NCBI GenBank assembly: GCA_000934665.2
Contig: KZ538215.1
Location: forward strand, 124,001 to 179,785
Source: Catajapyx aquilonaris
Lineage: Eukaryota
Reading direction: 5' to 3'
DNA length: 55,785 bases
The notes beneath the pieces are model-generated. The model saw only the letters and a program-made list of their open reading frames with translations, did not search any database and was not told where the DNA came from. The stretch's first letter is position 1. Each line of letters begins with the position of its first letter. Both the position numbers and the translations under genes were made by a program. Shown in pieces: positions 40,401 through 52,400 of the stretch.

Positions 40401-43400
40401 GTGACTGTGAGTAAAGCTGCATTTACATGTGAGCGATTTTACAAGCGAAGTCTTCGCCGAGCGGTGACATCGCTGAGTAATGCAAGAAACCAGTATTGTT
40501 TGAGGCAAAAATTAATTGCTACTTTCACCTCAAACAACATTGGTTACTTCACTCCGCTTCGCTTGTCATATCCCTCACATGTAAACGCGGCTTAAGAGCT
40601 ATTTGTTCACATCAGTGTAACCAGCAGATGGCCATCGTTGAGTACAATGAGTTTATTGCAATCTGAATAAAGGAGCATAATTGTGGTCCAGTGGATGCAA
40701 GTGTCAAAACTGCCATTTTAGGAACTTATTGAGTCCGCCAAATGGACAATTCAATTGTTTGAGAGTATTGTTGCATTATCTCCATCACCATATGTCCTTA
40801 ATTATCTTAAGATTTGTTCAGGAACATATGATCAACACAGTGAAGTCCATTGTTCCCTTGTTGCAAAAAAATTTCTTACTGGAAACCCATTTTTAATAAG
40901 AGAGTCATCTCCCACCCACCCACCCACACATGAAAGTTTATAACTCCCACTGCTCTTGGTCAGTTGTGATGCAAATTGAAGGCTTCAATAGAGGATGAAT
41001 TGATGGTTTCCACCTATTTTAAATCGAACCTATGAGGCAAAAAATCACTGCCTGAAATTCCCCCAACACACTGGGGAAGTACTACCCATGCTTTGCCAAA
41101 GACTACATCACGGTGCACATAATAACAATGTGTGTATTATAAAATTAAAAGCAAAATCTTTTATTGACACTTTTGTTGAATGTGAATTACAAACAAATAC
41201 TTTTCTAGCAGTGACCATTGCAAGTTTATCTTTCAAAAAATAGGATGATCTTATTCCACTTTCCTTTAAGCCCCATTTACATCCTAGCAATTTTATCAGT
41301 AATGTTGCAGTGATGTACACAGCTCTGCGCTGTAAGCAGTGATTTGGGCTGAAAGTAGCAATTATGTTTAACCCTTCACTACGTAGGTGGGCGAAACACC
41401 TTTAACTACGTAGGTGGAGCCTGAGCTGCTCCAACGGTATATTTAGATTTCTGCTTATCAACTAAATTGTTATATTGGACTTTTCACATACAGAAAGTGC
41501 AGTTTAGATCATTAGGCTTCCGAAAACGTAAAAGTCACACGCTGAGTCAGCATATTCTGACGGAATTTTTTTAAATTAAGCCTGATCGGTTCCGGGAGGG
41601 ACCTTCCTCATTGCGATTTTTTTTCAACCAAAGAATAGGGACTAAAAATGTGTTTCTTTCCTTTTCATGCTTAGGAGGGTTTTTCTGACAAAGTCACGGA
41701 AGGACAGGGGAAAATAAAATTCAATGAAAAAGTTACATGCATTTAAATAGTGCTTGGAGCCTCTCATGCTCCAAGCTACGCAGTTACAGGTTAAGAAGGG
41801 AGGGCATCAGTGATGACATCTCCAGGTATGTTTGAAATAGGTGATGGTGATGTACTACATCGCTGCAACATCACCGCATATCCATGGTGTCATACACAAA
41901 TCGAACTAAATGAACTGTACCGAACAATTAGGGAGCAGCACACTGTGGCGTATTCTGGTGGCAATATCGTGACAGGAAGGCACCTGATTGTTTCAATGTT
42001 TTTTTACATTCTATTGAACATTCCAATAGCTGCCCATAGTCCTTTGCTCAGGTGTTGCTGTAGCGATGCAAATCGCTTGCTTGTAAGCACATGCGTGATG
42101 TAAAAGCACTGTCGCTTATTCATGATGTCAGAACTGCTACAACTCGCATCTCTGCAACATTGCTAATCCAATTACTCCCTCACATGTGAATGTGGCTTTA
42201 TCAGTTGATAGGCTAATGATGGTTATGAACTAATGATTTCGATGAGCCAGAACTATTTTTTTGAACTCATTTCAGCACACTCGTTAATAACTGATGCAGA
42301 GAAGACTGCAGAAGGAGAATCACTTAGAAATGCTTTGATGTCAGGGAATTCCATACCTGAACATGTGGTGTTCAAGCTGCTGAAGAGTCGACTGCAGAGA
42401 GCAGATGTGAAACATTGTGGATATGTGTTGGAAGGGTTTCCATCCTTCAACAATTCAGTATACACAGTGGCTGAACAGATGGACATTATCTTTGGGATCC
42501 CTAATGCACCCCAGGTTCTCATCATCATCAAGGTGCATATATTGATGCATTTGCTACTAACTGAAAGGGCCGCTGTCTCCAAATTCAACAATTGAGATTA
42601 TGGGTTGAATGTGCACTAGTGTCTGAAAAGTAACATGTGTCATGATGCTAATGCCATTTTCCTGGCTAAAATGCATGGAACAGAGAAGTTACTTTAGAGT
42701 TTAGACAAACCCATTATTTGTGATACCATCAATGTGACTCATTGATGGCATCACGGTAAGGAAATGTAAGTGGGTAGATTGCAGCAGTGAATCAAGCCAC
42801 ATAGGAGCACGCAGCATATATGCCAAAGTATGACTGCTTCAGTCCAGCTTAGAATTACCACTCGCTATGATTTTGAACCATTGTATTGGTCAGCCTTTCT
42901 GATGTGCACTTATGCCCTCCACTTGCTACCCAATTTAAATCACACTAGCCATCTGATTCAAGCTTCATGACACTGGAAATGCTATGAAAGTATTTCCAGA
43001 TCCTCCCGGTTTACAGGGTGGCCATAAAGTCTGGAACCAATGGTGGTATTGTTTTCTAATTACACATTAGCTATAGCACTGACGAAAGATTACAGAGTGG
43101 TGATAATTATTTTTTGTGGACAAGAGGGATGGATGAAGAGGGAAGTGGTGTCCGAGTTCAGTAGGAGGTATCTGTTGAAGTAATAATAATAATTCATACC
43201 CCGTTATCAGCCATCGGCTCTTTAGGGGGGAAGTTTGTTTTGCCTGGAACTCTTTGCTTTCATTTTACTGTGCTCTTTGGGATAGGATAGGGACGGAAGG
43301 AAGCGGCTGTGGCCTATTAATTACGGAAGCAACTCCGGAATTTCCCTGGAAGGACAGTGGGAAACCACAGAAAACCACGGTCAGAGTTGCCGGCCCTGGG

Positions 43401-46400
43401 ATTCGAACCCAGGACCTCCCGATTAGCAGTCGGACGCCTTATCCACTATGCCAACCTGCTTCGGTGGTATCTGTTGAAGTCAATAAGCCATAATTCAAAA
43501 TTGGGAAAATTGCAAATTGGCTTATTGACCACTCTGGATGTCTCCTATTGAACTTAGTAGTCTTTTGTCAGTGCCATAGTTCATCTGTAATCAGAAAACA
43601 GTTCTGCCATTGGTTCCAGACTCTATGGCCACCGTGTGTAATATACAGATGCATATGACAGCAAATAAAGCACCAGGTGTGACTGTGGAGGCAGGCAACA
43701 CTGTTGATATGAGTTACTCATGCGCTCTTACAGTTCCAAAATTTGAAAATTCATACCTTTTGTTTGGAGGACCAAAGCAATTTCTGACTTTCACCAGCAT
43801 GCTTTTTTGGGACAGTGGCCCTTTTATTTAATCTTAATCCCTTTTAATAATAAAACAACAAGTATTGTAAAAATAAGTAAGCTAAAGCTAAACTTAGAGA
43901 ATTCTTCAAGAAGTCTGGACATATGTTCAGATACTTAAAAATCCATGTTGGAAGAAGGGCACTCCTTGATATCTCACAAAACCATAGTGGAAGAATATGT
44001 GAAGCAATAGTGAGGTGCACACATAAAAGGATTCCATGGAATGTGACTTATGTTACTGAATGTCACCTGTGCATGAGGCATGATTCCTCAAAAGGGACCA
44101 AGCACCTGTTATGAAATTTTACAATATGAGGTTTTTTAGTTTTTTTCATGGTACTGATATTAGACAGAGAGGACTAATCTGTTACAACAGATGGTATATG
44201 TTTGTAAAAATTATATTATGCACTATACCGGCCAAAAGGGCCCAAGAAACCCCATGGAAAACCAAAGTGGGAGCTCAAGTCCTACATGTCCCACTTCATT
44301 AACCTCGTTACTCGCAAGGTGGATTGTTGCAACACGTCTGAGAAATATCCTTGATCTTCTGCTTTCAAATAGGTCATCATCGACCTGAGATCCTTGACTT
44401 ACATGCTTGTTCGATGCGTGCCTGATGGCGATGTGACATTTCACTAACCACTTTGGACATTTAAATAATTGGAGCATCCTGTATTCCTTAACCTATCCTT
44501 TAAGTGTATTTTATCAGCTATGTTGAAGCAAGAGGTTCCACTTCCTGCCATTACAGATACCTCACCTTGACCTTATTCATCGTCGAATAGGCCAGTTTGT
44601 AAACCTGGTCACTGGTGAGCTTTATGATCCTGATATGATTCAAGACATGGCCATATTGGGACCTACAGGAGGCCCTCCCGCAGAACCACCAGATGAGGAA
44701 CCTCCAGCAGTGGAAGAGGAGGGAGAGGAGGTAGAAGAGGAGGAGCATGAAGATAAACAGGATGCTGAGGAAGAAAATGAAGCAGACTTTCTCCCAATGA
44801 CCCAAGAGGAGAAGTGGTCACTAGTTAAACGGGAGGAGGATGGTGAAGAGAGGGTCAGAGACGAAATCAAACTCTACGCAGAATTGCTTTATGAGCCACT
44901 GGAAGATGAGATGGTGGAATATTCCAGAAGAGGGTGCTTGATACATCTGAATGGAAATAAGTCACCCTCTCAGATGTTTTCAGATCTGTTGACCATTCTG
45001 GGGACCATGCCTTTTACCAAATCTAAACCTCCTGTATCACTTTGGGGTGCAGATTTAGATGAGGAAGCTGAGTTGACTGCAGAAGAGGCATTGGCGGAGT
45101 TTTCCAAGAGAAAGATAATTGGGCCTAGATACAGGTTCGTTTCTAGTGGGCAAGTACTAACATACTTTTTGGGGCCAGATGTCATAAACTTAGAAACACA
45201 CCCTTACATAAAACAAAATATTACATGAAATTAGATTGGATCATGAAATAACTTTTCTGTGTCATACTTGCAGATGGAAGGCATCTAAGTGGGGCATACA
45301 CTGTCCTGTTGCCCTTAAGGATGGGCACATTACTGATGGTGTACCTGAATTTGCTGCTGGGTAAGTCACTGGCCATCCATGTGAAAGTCATTAGGTTGGT
45401 ATTTGTAGACCATTTAGATTAGATGTGCAACTTGCAGTTGTGGTGACACATTCCATTTGAAGCGGAGGGAGAGGTAGATGTTCGTGCCCTTATCTTGCCC
45501 AATACTTTTATTTGCGATAAGTAGGCTCATACGAGTCGTTATTCACCTGTATTTTTTGCGTACATGGACTACTGGACTACTTGGATTACCCGGGGAGTCC
45601 AGGCTGGATTATCTGGACTACCCTCGGACTACCCACGAAGGTGTACATGGACTACCCACGAAGGTGTACATGGACTACCCTTAGTGAATAACCCCTCTGG
45701 ATCACACCTAGTATCTGAGACTTTGGAGAGTAAACTCCACAAGAGATGCCCTGTCCACAAGCACCAAACTGAAACTCATAAATTGCACATCTATTCTAAG
45801 GAGCACAAAACCAGGTTTAGGAATTAAAGCAGTGTAGATAGTCATATTAACAATAATACAGGGTGTTTCAAATTCCCGGGTCACTTTCCACCAACTAATA
45901 TCTCCCGGAAGGAGTTATTTTTTTGTAGCTTGATGCGCCCTGATCCTTGTGCCATATTATTGAGTTAAACCCAATATCACTGCAGCTGCTATATTCGACC
46001 ATGGCTGGGAATAACATGGTGCAAGGATCAGGGCGCATCAAGCTACAAAAAAATAACTCCTTCTGAGAGATATTAGTTGGCAGAAAGTGACCCGCGAAAT
46101 TGGAACACCCTGTATAATGGTGTCTGTTGTTTTTGACAGATTTCTGAACAGGATATACTTCATGTCCAACCAAGAACACTATAACCGCTTTGTAGCAAAT
46201 CCACGTCCATTTCTTCTTCCCCCGATGCCTTCCCCCACTTGCAAAATTTACGTGATGGGAATTACCTTATCGGGAAAGACCTCTGCAGCACATGCCATTG
46301 CTGAGAAGCTGGGAGGACAGGTACATATTTTGAATTATTTACCTTTGTGTCTGAGATATACAGGATGGTACTTGGTCCAAGTTGACAGTCTTAACAATAG

Positions 46401-49400
46401 TGTGAGGGAGAAGTGGTAGGCTATATAGTCTCTCATAGGGTGCTCTTCAGGGGTAGAATTGAAGACGTCACTTGCCAAAGGGCCGAAGTCCACGAGGTGA
46501 GATTTTTCAGGAGAGACTAAAACTGCATGTATGCGTAATCACTCCATTCAGAGTTTCGTGTCTTATGCTACCAAATGCTACTCATAGGGCACCATTAAGG
46601 CCCATACACACAGGCAGTCGACGGTTTTGGTCTCTGGTCACGTTGATGCCGCGGACCAAATAACAAGCGCAACACAAGTGTTGAGCTTGTTTATGTGAGT
46701 CATGATTGGTCCGCGGCGTCCACGTGACCAAAGACCCAAACCGTCGACCGCCTGTGTGTATGGGCCTTTATACACACCTAGTGGCATAAACATCATCTAC
46801 TAGAAAGCAATAGGTCAGAGATATTGAAGGTCAAAATCAGTGGACTTGGGCCCTTTGGCAAGTGAACGCCTGCACCAACATTTCATGTTGCAAATTTCAG
46901 TGGTGTAGTCATACGTGTCCATCTCAACACATCATATTCGTAAAGTAGTACTACAAAGAAAGGTGTAACCAGTTTTTTTTCTGTCCTATGTTAATTATTA
47001 TTAGCATCAATCAGAATCTGATTTACGTCCAGTCAATTGCCAAAGGGCCCAAGTCCAGTGGTAGGCAATGGACCGCAAATCAGCACATTCAATTTTAAGG
47101 CACTTCTGAATGACTTTGGCTCTTCATCTTCAACAGGGCTGTGAGGCCCGACTCCAAGAGTAGGAATCCGCATTAAAACGGTTTTTCGAAATTTTGGGAC
47201 TTGGGCCCTTTGGCAAGTGACTTCTTCAATTGTATGTTTGTTTGTTTGTTTGTTTGTTTGTGCTACCCCGTGATAGGGCCTTGGCCCTTGGGCCCTTTTA
47301 GGGGGCGAAGGGGAAGTTCCCAAGGAAAGCGCTCTTAAATAGGTTTTAGTCATTTCTGACCCTCTTAAATACTGGACCCTTTCTCTTGGCCCTGGGCAGA
47401 GAAGGGAGACATATCGGGTGAAAAGCGGAAAAGGACCCGACCAAGCGAAGGTGACGGGGATGGGATTTGAACCCTGGACCTCTCACTTGGCTGGCCAGTA
47501 GCATAGCCACTTGACTAGACTACCATGCCCCCCTATGAACTGTATCATGTCACTCTGTTAAAGTTGAGTGAGGAAATGGAATTGGCTGGGCCAGGTTATA
47601 GGCAGAGCTGTTGATGATACTGAGGCCTTCCAGACGGGTCGACCTTAGCCGCGGCCGGCACCGGCTTGCGGAGCCACGGCTGGCCACGGTACCCGTTCAG
47701 ACGGGCACATATTTAATTTATTTGTAATAGTGGCCGGTAGTCATGGCAGCGACGAAAAACAAGTGACGCGCAGTATCCGTCGCCGAGGCCAAGCCGTGGC
47801 CAAGCAGCGAGCCAACTTCCAGGAAGTCGGCCAACTTGGCCGACTTCTGAGCCGTGGCCTGGCCGTGGCCGTTGCCGTGTGAACCGTCGTGGCCTGGCCG
47901 TGGCCGTTGCCGTGTGAACCGTCGTGGCCTCGACCAGCCGCGGCTGGCCGCGGCTAAGGTCGGCCCGTCTGGACGGCCCCACTACCTTGCTCATGAGAAT
48001 TCACTCACTATCAGTGATGTGAAAAGGTGAAGGATTGTCATCCACCTGACACTGTACCTCAATATTTGTGAGGGTGGGAGAGCATGAGGCTATCATGGGC
48101 CACTACTCAAGTTCAGCCCCAAGAAATATTGGTCCCCAGGCATTCAAATACTTTTTGATGACATGCTTAGTATCTTTTCAGTACATTGAGTGTTCCTTGG
48201 TGTCTTTCAAACCTGCCGTAACTGCTGCCACTTACAGGAGGGACATAAGATAGCACTGTGATTAATTTTGGCTCCGTACTCCCATGAGAAAACTCATGTT
48301 CCAGTTGGCATGGGGCCTTTATGGTCGGGTCGCTGTAACTCTGACACAGTAATGTCTTGATAAGTTGTGGGCTCTAGACTGCACTGTTAGTACTACCACT
48401 GCTACATGTAGAGCTTACACTTTAAAGGGCTACTGTCTCCAAATTCAGAAATATGGCAGTAATGTGAAGATGTGCATGCATGGGTCGCTGATATCTAAAG
48501 TATGTTGTGATAAAAATTCCTTGTACCTGGTCAAAATACTGGGAAAAGATAATTTCTGACCAATTAGTATTAGGCCATTCTCAGACTGGGTTACTTGAGC
48601 CAGAGCAAATACAGAGGTCAACCGCTCTGTAAGACTGGTAGGAGCTAATGTGGTGGACTATCCTTGATTGTACAGGGTAGTATGAAAGGTGTGCAATTCC
48701 TGTAGTGCAATTACTCACGTTGATTTTGTTGATGCTTCTGCCTAAGAATTCACCTAGCGCACCCGATTGGTGGCCAGCATAACCCTCAGCCTACCCCCAA
48801 ATGTCCAGACCATTTCCGTGCCAATAGTACAATCATGTACAGGTAGTACCTGTTTTACGCCGGTAATTGGTTCCAGCAAAATGTGGCGTAAAGTGAAAAG
48901 GCGTAAAACAACAAAATTATAATGGAAGTAAATGTGATATGTTCCAAGATTTCCCAAATTTCCCTCGGGCAGTACTTAAATTGTTGTTTTTAATGCTGAC
49001 TATTTGAAACATTTAGGGCGACACGGTGGCCGAGTGGTTAGCGCCGCAGCCTTCCACCTCTAAGGTCCCGAGTTCGATCCCCGGGTCGGACGGAGGATTC
49101 TTATGTGGATAGAGTTTCGATGGGTTCTCTCCGTGTTCGCGTGGGTTTTCTCGGGGTTCTCCCGTTTCCTCCCACTATCAAAATCCATCACATTACAGGC
49201 AAATGATTAAAGTCGGGTATTCAAAAGATGATCCCCTAAGAAGCCCAAGGGGCCTATCACGGGGTATCCATTATTACTATTTGAAACATTTATTATGCAC
49301 ATTTAATGGGAGGTTCCAGGTTGAGGGTTGTCTGGTTCTGAGGACTCCTTTCCCTTCTGTAGCAAGAACTGCAGGAGACGTAGGGTATTTAACAGAATTT

Positions 49401-52400
49401 GGAGAGTGCCGAGACCAACAGTATAGTACCATACCCCGTCACACGGTACCACGAAAAACAAAAAAAAATAACATTATGGTCGTCTGTTTGGACTCAGTCA
49501 GATGTGTTGCAGTGATGTGTTTATGGTCAGATTGTGTTGTTATTTTTTAAATATAATTTTCAAACCGGCATTAATGTGAAATGGCATAAAATGGAGCAGC
49601 GTAAAACAGGTACTTACTGTACTAGCAAAACTCTTTTGCTATGGACAGGAGAAAAAATAGTATGGCACTGTCCAAAGCAGGGTTGTAGGAGTAACATTTG
49701 TGGCCATTAGTAAATATTGATAATTAACTATTCTCAAGTAGGCCTAATACATGGCATCATAAGCAGGGGCGGATTAGCCTTCTTTGCCGCCCTAGGCCAG
49801 TCCTAAAATTGCCGCCCCCGGAAACATCAGGGCAGGCGGGGGGGGGNCTATACCATGCCAGGGGCGATAGATGACGTTCAAAGATAGACGTAGGCTACAC
49901 CTTGCTCACAGCCATTGCCAAAATCGCGTATTTAATTAAAATGAGAGTTAATTTAAATGAAATATCCTTCAATGAAAGAGTAGAACAAGTCGGAAATGGC
50001 GGGGAGGAAGCCCGCCGCAGGAGAAATTTTTTTTCGTTCAAGGTGCTTAGGTGAATGTAACTGACTGGAAGATTTGAATAGGTGTGTCGGGGTGTGTATT
50101 TGACGAAATTGGTACCGTAGCACTTTTTTCATGGAAGTGGAATTACAAAGTAACATTGGGTTGTACGAAATTATGGTATTTTTTGTGTACCATTATGGTT
50201 CATTTGGCACGCCCTACTCGTACCCTTAGGGGAGCCACCTCGCATCTCAAACTTTGCCACATCGGGGGCCCCTAGAAAGTAATTTCAGATTTCGCCCCCC
50301 TCCCTCCCCAAACCGAATGAGCCCGCCGCAGGCGGAATTTTGTTGTTGTTCAAGGTCACACAATCTTAGGTGAATGTAGGCTAATAACTGAAAAAGTACA
50401 GTGGAATCCTCCTATACTGTAAGCACATCGAATATAAGCAAGTAGTAGAAAGCCCGATCCCTTCATAAGTTATTTCCAGCAGTGCCAATGTCGTCCAAGC
50501 GCAGTTGAATCCGGATATAACAGACTTGTCTGCTATTATGTGACTGCACAAATCCTTATTCAGAACTGCACATTTGGCTTTTAGAACTGCATGCTACAGT
50601 AAGCCCCGAGAAGTAGTTCTTACCTAATCAGTGCGACTTTTGTCCTGTTTCGAGTCACATAATTTTTGGNCCCCACAGTTTGAGAACCGCTGCTTTAGCC
50701 GTCTGCAGCCTGTAACTGTTTTATTATCTGTCTCCAAAAGCTGTCTGACTGGATCGAAAATACTTGCTAATATAATATGAATAATAATACTGCGTTGCTT
50801 AATATATTGATATAATATAGCTTTATTTAAACTTGCCGGTTGCCGCCCTTCAAAATATGCCGCCCTAGGCCATGGCCTAGTGTGGCCTTATGGGTAATCC
50901 GCCCCTGATCATAAGGGCTAGCTCAGATCCTTATTGGTGGAAATCATATATGTAGTGTGAGTCAGGCAGTTATTCCTCTATTAAGATGGATTTGTATACT
51001 AGTTGAATGTTAGCCTCACAGGACCAATATGGCTGCTTACTTCCTGTAATAAATAAAACAAAAGATGGTCACAGGACTTTGAAATGTTATGGATGGCAAG
51101 GGCATCCCATAGGCATAGGGCATAGATTCATTGATTTGTGATTGCTTTTTAAGAGCCAGACATTATTATTTTTTTCCCCATTACCCCACTTAGGGAGCTA
51201 CTTACTCATTGGGTGGAGGGGGGGGGGGGTGGATTACCACCATCGGGATTTGTTGGAGCGTGTTAAGAAGGATCTTATTAGTTTCCTCCAAGGGTAGGTG
51301 GGAGGGGATGTGCAATGTGCGTGTGCGCTGTCGTTGAGTGGTCATTTTGTGAACTCCCTGGGTGGATTAGTCTTTAGGAAATTTCCATCCAAAATGAAGC
51401 CAGAGATGGCCCAACTCTGCACAGATAAAGGTGGGAACCCCGAGTGGGGATTGAACCTGTGACCTTCATATCCGTGGGCGCATGCGTTACCGTGGCGCCA
51501 CTTCATCTCTCCCAAGAGCCAGACATTTCACATGTGATTAATAAGTCCATCATTCAACCAGGTTGCCAGCTAGCCCAGTAAGGATGCGTGTGGTATTTCC
51601 ATCAATATAGATTGGAGTTGATTATCATGACATTATGTAGTGTACTGTACATGGCCATACAAAATTTCCCACCATAATGATTAATTCACACAGCCGCTTA
51701 TTTTTCTCAAGCAAGTTGCAGAAACACTTTTTATCAATTAAATAACAATATTAATGGGAAGGTTCTTAAGGATGCCTGGGAAAAAGAAGCGGTTCTGTGA
51801 ACAAACCATACCAGCAGGAAATGAACACAGGCTTTAGGATTGCATATATCAAAATGTTGGCAAGAATGGCATGATGGGGTTGGGAACAGGTGGAAGGGAT
51901 GGATGAGAGGAATGGAAGGTCATGAATTTTAATATTGCTGGGATTGTAACTCCATACTCGAAAGCTTGGAAAGTGCTGAACTAATCTGTATAGAATTAAG
52001 TTGGATCCACTGTTGTCAAAGTGGTAGGGGCCTAACTTGTAGGATACCTGTAGCATATCAGTGCATGTGTACTTTACTTGGATGGTCATGTAGCGAGTAT
52101 GGGGGACAGTCCCAAAGTTACTGCTATCCAAGAGGGGGCTCTAGGTTCCACCCACTTGGATGGAAGCAACTGCTGTGTCTAACTGCACCTGAATGGTTTG
52201 GGCCAGTTTTAAATTTCATCATTTTTATTTGCCTCCATTAAGGTCATTGACATGGGTGCCGAGATGGAAAAAGTAGTGAAGGAACACGAGAAACAAACGC
52301 TAACTGTTCATTCAGATGCTGCAGCAATAAAGGAAATAGAGAGGATTAATACAGAACTTCAAGATGAACACCAGCATGTTGAGGATGTGAGGATGAGTAA

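Noticed and set aside
45562..45680. GGACTAC repeats as a CRISPR-like array
   Set aside because: Tandem units without unique spacers, inside a small eukaryotic inverted-repeat element.
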